A stretch of 53,337 bases of DNA, the filler included, from Sluysia triapertura (taxonomy: Eukaryota): NCBI GenBank assembly GCA_046118255.1. It is 4 parts of 4 records of this genome, joined end to end, with 100 filler letters (N's around TTAATTAATTAA, not from the genome) between each part and the next. Parts side by side here need not be neighbours in the genome. Positions count along the whole stretch, not along the records: positions 1 to 14,520 come from JBJNIA010256075.1; positions 14,621 to 29,827 come from JBJNIA010234673.1; 2 more parts are not named here. One strand, written 5' to 3'. This document shows positions 12,662 through 23,620 of this stretch, piece after piece. The position numbers and the translations under genes were made by a program. Positions within the stretch are counted from its first letter, which is position 1; each line of letters opens with the position of its first letter. Below the pieces are notes generated by a model. It was given only the letters and a program-made list of their open reading frames with translations. It did no database searches and was not told the DNA's origin.

Positions 12662-13247
12662 TTATTAGATGTTTATAAAATAATTAAAAACCAATTTCGT
12701 ATACATAAAGATGATGTTTTCAGTATGATATTATTAGATGTTTCTGAAATAATGAAAAGACAGTTTAGTACACGTAGAGATGATACATTTAGCGTAATGT
12801 TATTAAATGTTCACGAAATTATCGAAAGACAATTTTATACATGTAAAGATAATACATTTAGTTTTACGTTATTAGATGTTTCTCAAATAATAAAAAGACA
12901 ACTTTGTACATATAAAAATGATACTTTTAGTGTGATGTCATTAGATGTTTATGAAATAACGAAAAGACAACTTCGTGCACGTAAAGATGATATTAGATGT
13001 TTATGAAATAATTAAAAGACAACTTTCCACCCGTAAAGATGATGCTTTTAGTGTGATGTCATTAGATATTTGTAGAATGATTAAAGGACAACATTGTATA
13101 CATAAAGATGATGCATTTAGTGCGACATTATTGGGCGTTTCTCGAATAATGAAAAGACAACTTTTTACACGTAAAGATGATACATTTAGTATGATATTAT
13201 TGCATAATTACGAAGTAACTACGAGACAACTTGATATACGTAAGGAG
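12662..13247 (+). repeat. Tandem array of nine diverged 69-bp units (23-aa repeat, one frameshifting deletion)
   Basis: Unit approx TTATTAGATGTTTATGAAATAATTAAAAGACAACTTCGTACACGTAAAGATGATACATTTAGTGTGATG; reads LLDVYEIIKRQLxTRKDDxFSVM in ORFs 12590..13006 and 12975..13814. Confidence 0.92.
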
Positions 13248-14520
13248 GTGAATGTATTGAATTTCACTAGCAGTGAGGAGTTATTCCAGTTAGTCACGTT
13301 GCTTGATTCAGTCGTGTACGGATGCGATCATTATAAGATTAGGCAAGGTAATATTTTCACATTAAATTTTTATTATTCCATTTACCATACCGTGTATTTA
13401 TATATTATTTATTATAGTTCTGACAATCTAGAAGTTAATGAAACTGGGATCTGGAACGAGGTAGAGTCTACAGAAAATTTTATAAAACTCGAAACATTTC
13501 TTAACATCATGTATTTATTTAGAATACTAATAAATAATTATCTTTGTTATTCTTATAAATCTGACTTTAATAATGTAAAATCCAAAAATGTTTATGATAA
13601 TTCATTAATTTTCCACATTTCTAGATTTAAGGTTACAGATAAAGTAACGAAGACTACAATTAATACTAATAAGATTTATAATGAACATAAATACAAAGTT
13701 TTCAACTTTAAAATAATATTTAATCTAATAATCATCCACTTCAGAATATTAAAAGCAATAAGTTCTTTATTATTCGTAAACAATAGAATTCTTCGTATAC
13801 AAATTACTGATTAAATAATAAATGGCAGATACGCCCTCGTCATATTTAAAGAAACTGACCCCAAGGCCATCTCTGATAAATTATGGTGTCTAACACATAA
13901 CAACAAAACATTTAAATTAACATTATACACCATATGCATGTTAGATAATAATACTAAACCTTTAAAAGAAGGTGATCGTGTTATACAAGATCAAACTGTA
14001 CCGTAAAATGTTCTAAAAGAAAAATGTTCAATGTTATGTCCAACATGTAGATAGTATAACAAAATTTCTATTAATTGAATTAAAATAACGAGATTCAAAT
14101 AATCTTGAATTAATTTTAAAATGCTAAGTTCACAATTAATTACAGATTTAATGGTTATATCTTTACATTTTAACATAAGAATTAGTAGACCATCTTTAAA
14201 ATTTGATGTCTATAATTCATTTTTGCCACTACCTTAACCATGGGGATGAGTCATTAGTCACTTTATTAAAATCAAAATTGTTAAATCTAATATTTAATTT
14301 ACATTTAACACGTTGATAATATAACAAAATTTCTATTAATACAAATACAGATACAATATTCAAATTATCTATTATTTTATTTATTTATTTATTCGACATT
14401 TATCAAATAATTCAAATACTGATATCTGAGTGTAGTGGTCAACATTCAAACCCAATCAAAATACCAAATCTAATATTCATAAATCAAATTTCACTAAAAT
14501 GCAATTTTCACAATAATCAT

Positions 14521-14620
14521 NNNNNNNNNNNNNNNNNNNNNNNNNNNNNNNNNNNNNNNNNNNNTTAATTAATTAANNNNNNNNNNNNNNNNNNNNNNNN
14601 NNNNNNNNNNNNNNNNNNNN
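14521..14620. other. Artificial contig linker
   Basis: N44-TTAATTAATTAA-N44, exactly 100 nt, stop codons in all six frames. Confidence 0.97.
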
Positions 14621-15141
14621 ATTATTTACATATGAAATTCCTATTGAAAAATATGTTTAAAAGTATTAAAATATTATTATTGCACTGATGACAAATAATT
14701 ATTTAAAAGATAACGTTTTTAATTTATTTATTTCGTTTTTTATTCTTGTTTTAATTTAATTAATTAATTTTTCTTTTAATTTTATTTTACTTAATAAAAT
14801 TCATATTTTACTGTTTTACAATTCTGAAGTATTGTGTAGTGTGTCTGTAATAAGTAAGAGCAAAATAAAATTAATTAATGATTAATTAATTATAATTAAT
14901 GATTAATAATGTATTAATTTGTATAGCGCTAATATTTACTGCAAAATACGCATTCAAAAACACTTCAAATAAATCATTTATAGTTGTTCTGAAACAGAAA
15001 GAAATATAAATTTTTCTTTGATGTCTGATTGTGCATAAATCCTATCTTAATAATATATTTTGTGTTACCGAATTTTTCATTGCTTCCAAAAGATATTCTT
15101 TTACTTTTTACAAAAAAATAGGAAAAGTTAGATATTTTATT

Positions 15142-15269
15142 NNNNNNNNNNNNNNNNNNNNNNNNNNNNNNNNNNNNNNNNNNNNNNNNNNNNNNNNNNN
15201 NNNNNNNNNNNNNNNNNNNNNNNNNNNNNNNNNNNNNNNNNNNNNNNNNNNNNNNNNNNNNNNNNNNNN
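15142..15269. other. Assembly gap (128 N)
   Basis: Plain N run without the linker motif. Confidence 0.97.
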
Positions 15270-15758
15270 GAATACAAAAATTTAACATAATTAAATTTTC
15301 GTTTTCATTGTTTTATTATTATTCTGTATAAACATTTTATATTGTTAATTGTCTTTTAAATATCTAATTGTCTTTTAAACAATAATCTAATAATATTATT
15401 TCTCTTTTATTATTAACATTATTTATTGACTGTGATTAAACAAAATTTTATTTTTTGCCTTATCGAAGATAAAAACGTCTCAGTAACATTAGTAAAATAT
15501 TTTAATTGCCACTTAAAATATAAAAGGGACTTTTTACATCAAGATTTTGTTATGAATTTCATTTTAATCAACTGAATTAACTAGAAACAATAAACATTCA
15601 ACTGTTTCTTATTTATTTTGCATTATATACATATATTTTACAAAATATTTAAATTTCAAAATAATAATAACAACAATAATTCCTTAAATGTATAATATAC
15701 AATGTGTAAAGCTAGTTTTTATAATATTATATAAATTTACCTTTAACTTCTAATAGTA

Positions 15759-15888
15759 CACCTATCCCCCGATTTACACGGTACTTGTTTTACACGTTTT
15801 CGTTTTACACGGTTTTCCAAATAAGTTTTTTTTTGTTTTTATCGTTTTTCTCAGGAGCGTATCTACCATATAAATCGGGGGATAGGTG
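15759..15888. mobile_element. 130-bp Tc1/pogo-type MITE with TA target duplication
   Basis: ta|CACCTATCCCCCGATTTA ... TAAATCGGGGGATAGGTG|ta; perfect 18-bp TIR. Confidence 0.85.
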
Positions 15889-15899
15889 TATATATCAAG

Positions 15900-16157
15900 C
15901 AACAATTACTGTTTATACGATTTCAAATTTATTTCGTAGCTCCAAACCCTCCCAACCCCTTTCATTTTAAAAGAAAAATAACACTTTGTTTCGCTAATTT
16001 TAGAGTTCGGTTTGTTCAGTTTTCTTTTTAAAAAGTAGTCTTTTCGTAACCATGGAACCTATCTTCGATCTTTACATGGTTTGCTATAGAAAATCTTAAT
16101 TCACTTTGCGTCATGTTTTTTTGGAACGTAAACCCGACGCAAAGTGAGGTATTGGTG
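15900..16157. mobile_element. Right end of a related pogo-type element
   Basis: Ends GGAACGTAAACCCGACGCAAAGTGAGGTATTGGTG|ta, a diverged version of the neighbouring MITE end. Confidence 0.6.
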
Positions 16158-17050
16158 TATATGTATATATAAATTATTTCTAGTCTAATTAATATTATAA
16201 AATGTAATTAATACTTCAAATAAAATCGATATCAATGAATTATATGTAGTCTAATTAACAAATGTATGTAATAAAATTAATATTATACCAATAAATAATA
16301 TATACTAACAAATAATAAATGTATGTGTTTATAAAGTTATTTTCCACCAATTAAATTATACCAATATTGATAAATGTATATATTAATTTATTTCTAGTCT
16401 AATTGTGCTATTAAATTTTTACTTTATCACAATTTAAGATGATTTTATTCGATTATAATGTTTTTAAATTTAATTGAATATAATTTCTACTTATTCTATC
16501 TCATCTTTAATTTAAGTTAATTTTGATCGAGTATAATGTTAAATTTTATTTATATGCTGATTCTATTTAATCCTAATTTAGTATGATTTTACTTTATTTA
16601 TGATAATATTCTAAATCATGTTTTAAAAATAATTTTGATTGGATATTGCGCACTTAACGTTTGATTTCATATTATTTTTATTTTAAAATGATTTTATTAA
16701 CTATAACAGTAAGGTTTGATTTTAATTTATTGAATCTCACTTCAATTTAAAATTGAATGTTATTTATAACTAAATTTTAAATTTATATTATCTTTATGTA
16801 ATCTCATTTTAGATGTCAACAATGTTGTATAATAATGATTTTAAAATTATTTCAGTTTTAAAATATATAAATAACATTATAAACTGAGAAATTAAACATA
16901 TTTCAACTTTGTTCAATGAAATTAACAATACAATGTAGAATTTATTGTTACGACATTTTGAAAAAGGAAAATATCGAGTTTAAATTCGTGATTATTTAAA
17001 CAAAACATCATCTTAATTTTATTAGAGATTTTAATTGCATTGATAATTGT

Positions 17051-17116
17051 ATTATTATTATTATTATTATTATTATTTATTATTATTAATTATTATTGTT
17101 ATTATTATTATTATTA
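17051..17116. repeat. Imperfect (ATT)n tract abutting a splice acceptor
   Basis: ATT units ending about 8 nt before the Cav2 exon at 17125. Confidence 0.9.
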
Positions 17117-17124
17117 AATTTCAG

Positions 17125-17221
17125 CGGGAAGATCCATTACCAGGACATGTACAAACTTGTTAGAAGATTAGATCCTCCGTTAGGTTTAGGAATGAATTGC
17201 CCATACCGAGCTGCTTATATG
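17125..17221 (+). CDS. Cav2: Voltage-gated calcium channel alpha-1 (Cav2 type), EF-hand exon
   Basis: ttcag|C GGG AAG...TAT ATG|gttgga; 97 nt; [32 protein letters not shown] matches the Cav EF-hand/PPLG-CP-R-AY segment. Upstream exons not seen on this piece. Confidence 0.9.
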
Positions 17222-19039
17222 GTTGGATAATTAATATTATTAAATAAAATTAAATGAGCATGAAAATTATGTGGAATATAACACAATATAACCACACAAA
17301 TATAAGCATAACCATACCCTACATACTAGCTTTAAATTTTTTACTTTATCATAATTTAAGATGATTTTATTCGATTATAATGTTTTTAAATTTAATTGAA
17401 TATAAATTTGTAATATTCTTTGTAATGTTTTTAATTTTTTTGACTTCTAACCTGGGAAAATCAATTTCAATACAAAAATTCAGAATCGGAATCATACCTC
17501 AATAAAGATTCTTTTTTATATGTGTTGATAGTTCATCTGATTAATCCATTATACATGATTCTTTTAGAATAATAATAATTTCTTGAGTTATCTTTGTTAA
17601 AATCATAAGACTCTAATTTTTCTACGAATATTGCAGAAACATTTTTCATTCAAAAATATCACTTTAATCCAACGTTATTTTACAAAATATTATAATGGAC
17701 CCAATTAATTTTATACTTTAAACTTATTGAAGGTTTTCACAAGCTTTTTAATATATTACATAAAAATATCTAAAAAACGACAATGTCTCATTACAAACTT
17801 TCTTGCCGGTAAACATCTATATTACCATTATTGTTATTATTAATATTTAATTTTCAATTATTAATTCTATTAATAATTTTTATTAATTTAATTTTTAGAT
17901 CCAGTCCTCACAAATGATTTCAACTATAAGTTATTTAATTTAACATCATAACCTGGATAAGTTTTTAAAAATATTTTATATAACCGAACTCTCAAGTACA
18001 CCCTAGAATAATGAATATTTAAATAATATTTCTGAAACTTGTTATTTTAAATATGAAGAAGAAATTTATGAAACGTCTTTCTAAAGGAAACCAAGAAAAT
18101 CTAAGCTTTTAAGAATGAATGCAAACAAAAGATGGTTGATTCGATAAAATTTTGGCAAAATAATAATAAAATACCAAACTAAAAATTGAGCTTAGACTTA
18201 CTTAGATAAAAAAATAAAAATTAGCTATAAAAAAACAAATAGTATAAAATGTCTACTATAAAGTTGAGTAAATTTTATTAAATTATCTAAGATGGAAGGA
18301 ACTGAATGATTATAGTAAACGGACTGTGATAAAATTGCTGAACCAGAAAAGATAAATGCATGAATGAGCTGTCTAATGTAAAGCTAAATGAGATAAAAGA
18401 TCAAGAATCAAAGCAGATAAATAACATGGACGAACCATATTACCCGCGCTAAATCACTACACACCTTCCCTAGGGACTGGGTAGGGACTACCTGATCTAA
18501 TTTTAAAATTCGTTCTAATTGGTTGAATGCTTTATTTGCGATTATATCATATTATTCGATCGTTCTGATTGGTTAAGTGTTTTATACTGACTAAAGTTAG
18601 TATTATTTATTGGATATAGATTTTAAGAGGGACGATGTATATTTGTAGATCTAGAACCCTAAATAAATAAAATAATTTGGAGTAGCACAAAATACCACCT
18701 AATATGCACCAAATCATTTAAATATGAACACAATCCATAAGATTCGTTATGGACTTTATTTGATGTTTACCTTCGATGTCGGATGGGTTTTCAACATTTT
18801 TATCACTTTCGAGTGTTAGTTTAATAATGCTATAAGATATGAGCAGATATTTGGAAAAAGAATTGAAGTCGGAATTCGTTATCATATTAATTTTGTATTG
18901 TATAATGTTACTTTAATGTATTGAACTGTTTAAATGCTTGTGATTAATGTTTAAAGTTTAATTTGTTCTAATAATTTTGTATAAATAGTTGAGCCACCAC
19001 ACAAAAATATATGTAAGATGAGTTTAAGTTGAGCCATCA

Positions 19040-19557
19040 GTTAGGTATACAAAGATCAAATGCAATTTATCTAATGTATCCAATGACAACTTAGATTTTA
19101 TAATGATCAAATTTTTGTTAAACAACGATTACCGAAATTTGTTTTGTAACATTTCAAACTACAGTTCGAATTAATGGAACTACTAAAAAGAATGCATTAA
19201 GTTTTGCACATAGTAATGTCGAATTAATTAGTCTTAGTCGAAATACAGACTTACGAGAAACTTATACACTGCATTTTGACATTATGCACACAGTGGTGAA
19301 ATCTTATGTAAAATCAATCATTAGAAACTTAGCATATCTTAATAAAAATATAAACGATCGAATAAGAATGGCTGATTTCAAATATATTATTATTTCTTTG
19401 CATTTGTACTTGAACGTGATGATGACAGCGATCAAAAAACATTTGCCACAACAAGGAATTTGAGATTGACTTTAAATTTGTTAAAGGATTAGATTTGATT
19501 CATGGTGTATACAGTACTGAAATACAAATAAATAATAACCATCTAATTATATTGTAA
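19040..19557 (+). pseudogene. Polinton/Maverick-like major capsid protein, C-terminal half (fossil)
   Basis: With frameshifts: NDQIFVKQRLPKFVL/VTFQTTVRINGTTKKNALSFAHSNVELISL (cf. DNLFxGQLPKRxxIxFVxxxAFNGxxxKNPFNFQHxN) and YFFAFVLERDDD..TTRNLRLTLNL / LIHGVYSTEIQINNNH* (cf. FAFDLTPD..GNLRLELxF..VYAEFxxxIEID). Confidence 0.65.
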
Positions 19558-19830
19558 ATGAAATAAGTTTTTTTTATTATAATTAATTTTTTTGGAAATT
19601 AACCAAATTAATCGAGTGAGTTTAAAAATACATACTGGATAAAGTCCCATCATATGTCGATGAAGATGGTTACATTGTAAATATAGATTTAAGTAATTTA
19701 GATGGTGAGCATTGACTTACAATTTATGTGAAACCTGAATGTGTTGACGTATTTGATCCCTTTGGTTTTTATTATCCAAATTTATTTGTTGATCGTCTTT
19801 TTATTGTATAAACAAAAACCTTGTCGGTGA
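19558..19830 (+). pseudogene. Polinton/adenain-like cysteine protease (fossil)
   Basis: 19638-19811 reads DKVPSYVDEDGYIVNIDLSNLDGEH*LTIYVKPECVDVFDPFGFYYP, i.e. the IVNxDxSxxxGxHW...FDSFG motif with catalytic His and Asp; the Trp is mutated to TGA. Confidence 0.8.
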
Positions 19831-19842
19831 AAAAAATTAATT

Positions 19843-20150
19843 ATGAATTTCGCCTTCATTGATATAGAAAGTTTTGTTAATAATGAAAACAAATTATTAA
19901 TTAAAGAATTATGCATTATGCATGATATACATACTTACAATATTTTAAATGAAATGAATTGAACGAAAAGCTAAAGCAGCAAACAAGTATTTAATGAAAT
20001 ATATACATCATTTAGTATAGCATGAATAAAAAAACATCTTACAGAGAGTGCGTACTATAAGAAATCAAATTCAAATTTGATATTTTGTGTAGAAAAGTAT
20101 GCATATATGAAAAGTTATTTCCAGAGTTGAAAATAGTTTTGTACAATAAT
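19843..20150 (+). pseudogene. DEDD-exonuclease-like ORF of Polinton-like viruses (fossil)
   Basis: MNFAFIDIESFVNNENKLLIKELCI, then after a frameshift KAANKYLMKYIHHLV*; matches the DxxxF..IKELxI..NxWLxxxxHGLxW pattern. Confidence 0.5.
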
Positions 20151-20486
20151 ATAATTTATCACAAATAGTTAGTTATTCTTAAAAATATTCAAAACTTAGT
20201 ATAGTAAATAAATGAAACATTCTCATAATTGAAAACAAAGAATCGAAAAGATGACAAGACTGCTCAAAAGCTTCAGAAATATACAATTATTCTGTAAGAC
20301 TAGATGGTCGATCTACTATGATGAGCGTTGGCTGAAATGCCCGTTTTGAGGAATGCTCTTGAGGATGATTTCAGAAAATATTTCATAGACATAATTCAAG
20401 AATACTGAAATAAATATTTAAGTGTTAAAAAATTTGTACAAGATTTACATAAAAATTGAATTTCATTATTATCATAAATATAATCT

Positions 20487-20650
20487 GTAGTGGACTTTAA
20501 ATTAACTAATCACAATCACAAACAATCACCTATACAAATCGACTCATCTTACAGAAACAAATTACTCAATTCATACAAACATAAATGCAGTCGTAATAAT
20601 TTATAATTACTAAAATTTTGCAATTATTATCACCATAATAATAACTATTG
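20487..20650 (+). repeat. Dispersed A/C-rich repeat beginning TGTAGTGGACT
   Basis: Aligns by eye with 47151-47305 and, inverted, with 47590-47735; weaker relative at about 10889-11010. Confidence 0.7.
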
Positions 20651-21499
20651 TCATAATAATGCTAAATTGTTATGATTTTGTGATTGCTGTTCTTCTGGTT
20701 ACTATTGTTGTTTTTACTCTGTTTCCTTTTTATATGTATGCATGTTTATTATTTACTATTATTATTTATTATTTTTATGTTTTTAATTTTTTTAAAACAA
20801 TTACCTACTTACAAATGAAAGTAGGATATTATTGTGATTATTATTTTATTTATATTATTGTTATTCTTATATCTATTGTTGTTTTAATCATTGTTATTAC
20901 TTATTATTACTATTACTGTTTATATTTATTATTATTATCATAGATATTTATAATTATTGCAAATATTATAATAAAAATAATTAATTAAAAAATCAATTGA
21001 AGAACTTTTATTTTGACTTATATGGAAAACACTAACAATGAAACTTTATTTCTTAGACACTCAATTTACTTGAGAAAAATGATGTGAGCAGTTATCAAAA
21101 ATATGAAGTTATTCATGAATTAATAGATAATCTAAAGAACTTTACAGACGATTTTTGTTTAATGTGCAAAATCTGATTGTTCACCAAAAACAACATTACC
21201 TATAAATGATTTAACACCAGTAGGTGTAAATATAACAGTAATCTTCGTAAAAATGATATAATTTTTGTTAAATGTCAAATATTGTTATTAATGCTTCAAC
21301 CTAATATAAAGTCCCTAAGTTTTGTTAAAGACCTTAAGCCTATTATAAAATGAGTAAATAAAAATTATCTTCATTTTAATCTTTTCTGTGTTCAAAAAAT
21401 ATAAAATTTAACTATGTAGATAAAATCTTTAAAAGCATTAAACCCACCCTTCACATCATCAATAAGCAAAATTATTTCCAAGTTATATTCGATGTTTAG

Positions 21500-21713
21500 A
21501 AGCTGATTCGCATGAATATTATTATGGATGAACAAATGCAAGTTCAATTCAATTCGACAATATTCGCGCTAATTCGAGAATCGCTGCAAATCAAAATGGG
21601 TCCTGCTCTTGAAATGGATGTTTTTGACCAAGAATTACGAGTAACTATGTTAACATTGTGGCCGAATCTTGAACGAAAATCGAGAATTGATTTATTCGTT
21701 CCACTGAATAAAC
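21500..21713 (+). CDS. Cav2: Cav2 alpha-1, pre-IQ exon
   Basis: tttag|AAG CTG ATT CGC ATG...AAA C|gttagt; KLIRMNIIMDEQMQVQFNSTIFALIRESLQIKMGPALEMDVFDQELR...WPNL...DLFVP. Confidence 0.93.
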
Positions 21714-21759
21714 GTTAGTCAATATTTCTAATATCTACAATGTTGTATATATATAACAG

Positions 21760-22128
21760 AATCGTGCCCACTGACAGTGGGTAAAATATTCGCCGGTTTA
21801 TTAGTACGTGACAATTGGAATACTTTTAAGAAGTGGCTTGCGAAACATCCTAAAGGTCGTGAAGAGCTATTGGCTAGTACAAATCAGCAACAACAATTGA
21901 TGAAGAAACGAAAAGATCGTCAACATGAAGGCGAAGGTGAAACTAGCAGTGTAGACAATGACCAAGATGATAACGAAGATACTAAGTTACGTAAACGACG
22001 ACAAAAGGCTAAACGGAAAAAGAAAATGATAGCTCAAGGACCACCTATAAATTATCGACCTCGTGCGGATTTGGAACTTCCAGAAGATGCACACAAAAGA
22101 CCTGCACCACCTGATTATTCAGAAAGAG
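21760..22128 (+). CDS. Cav2: Cav2 alpha-1, IQ-like exon and charged tail
   Basis: Follows a 46-nt intron; QSCPLTVGKIFAGLLVRDNWNTFKK is the invertebrate Cav2 IQ-like motif. The 3' boundary (weak gtgtgg donor at 22129) is tentative; unspliced read-through stops at 22157. Confidence 0.85.
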
Positions 22129-22362
22129 GTGTGGAATTGTCACATGAGGCTAGTTAAAAAATGTTTCTTTAAAAACCACTCAAATGTTAAAAATTATTGC
22201 ACTAAACAATACTCAATATGTAATTTAAGTTGAAAAGGTATCAGAGAAATTTTTATTATCGCAATAAGTTTTTTATATCATTATCTATTCATTATTATTA
22301 AGTAGGTAATTGTTTACTAAAAATTGTTATTTAATCTTAATTTGAAAACTTACGCATTTTAG

Positions 22363-22671
22363 ATGTTCATGTGTTACGATATATTTCATTGGTTTAATTT
22401 TTGACAAAACTTTCTGTATAATTTCAGTTATTTGGACGATTAGGTAATTATATTCGTGATCAACCAAAAAATACATCTTCTCGAGAAGGTTCCAGAAGAT
22501 CTATGAATAGTGGTACTGCTAAACGTAGAATCAGTAACGGATTACCTTTACCAGCTCGAGTACCTTCTCGAACACCAAGTGTTCAACGACTTTTAAATGA
22601 GCCACCAAATGATGTGGAAGCAGCTATTCCTGAAAATGGTACAGCTGAAGACAACACATCTCCTACAATGG
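22363..22671 (+). CDS. Cav2: Cav2 distal C-terminal exons (22363-22391 and 22428-22671)
   Basis: Phase-compatible GT-AG exons separated by a 36-nt intron: DVHVLRYISL / LFGRLGNYIRDQ...LPLPARVPSRTP...NTSPTM; GC content coding-like. Read-through would stop at 22676. Confidence 0.6.
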
Positions 22672-22894
22672 GTTAATTAAATTGCTATAATAATTATAGT
22701 TCTTATTGTTATTTTACTAACTCATTCAACTGAAAAAGGAGATCGTACAGCAAGGCAAATAAAAATGCTTCAAGGCTATATCTAAAAGGGTGACTTTCTT
22801 TGATAAACACATGTTTGTAAAAAAAATGTATGTACGCAGAAAATATATTTTTCTAGATTTATTATGATTGGATAATAAAAAATAAGAAATTAAA

Positions 22895-23620
22895 GTTGAT
22901 ATTTCGCAGCATTACAATTGGCACACCGATTTTCAATTGCAGTATCTCTGATAGATTGAGGAATTCAAAATTTCTGTTGGATAATTAACCTCAACTGCTT
23001 CCGCGACAGTGTTGAAGAACTTATGGAACTGCCTCACTTAGAATCCTAGACTGAATAGTATTGTTAAGTTCATAGATGTCTTTATTCTTAGCCACACGGA
23101 TAGCTCGTTCACTCAGGCAATAGTGATTCTTATAAATAGTATTGTAACCAATTCGAATTAACAAATTGGCACATTTCTCTTTCCACTTTCCACAGATTTA
23201 TGTGAGAATGTCTCAGCTGATCAGTCATTAATTTTATCGTCTTTACGTATTGTCGTCGGTGTCAATCGAAGAATTGCAAGTAATATTTGTCTGAAATCTC
23301 ATGGAATGATTTGGTGATTCCATGTAAAACTTGCAATGATCGATCAAGAGACCCAGGCAATTTTGTGTGCATCGTTGTGTATTCATCATAAACAATAAGT
23401 TTGTATTTCTTTAATACTTTGGGAATGTTTCGATGAACTGCATCTATTCAAAGCGGTATGAGCAGTTCTTACATCTGTTAGCAATGTTGCAACTAATCGG
23501 ATGATTCAAGAGCTAAGGAATCTTATTGCCACCATTATCAATCTAATTAGGAACGTCCTACCAGCTCATCCTGGTTCATCTTATTTTATCGTAAATAATT
23601 TTTTCACATACGATAAGCGA
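22895..23620 (-). mobile_element. Helitron PIF1-family helicase remnant
   Basis: Ordered decayed motifs on minus: DEPG*AGRTFLIRLI (Walker A), ATLLTDVRTAHTA, KLIVYDEYTTMH, LDRSLQ, DFRQIL, LSERAIRVAKNKDIYELN, VNYPTEILNS, LQLKIGVPIVMLRNIN. Confidence 0.88.

Noticed and set aside
12662-13247. CRISPR array
   Set aside because: Units are contiguous and diverge along their whole length with no unique spacers; eukaryotic context and no cas genes.
14974-15288. ORFs spanning the N gap (also 29876..30067)
   Set aside because: Artefacts of translating N runs.
20659-20943. Multi-pass membrane protein ORF
   Set aside because: Low-complexity T-rich tail of the dispersed TGTAG repeat within a Cav2 intron.
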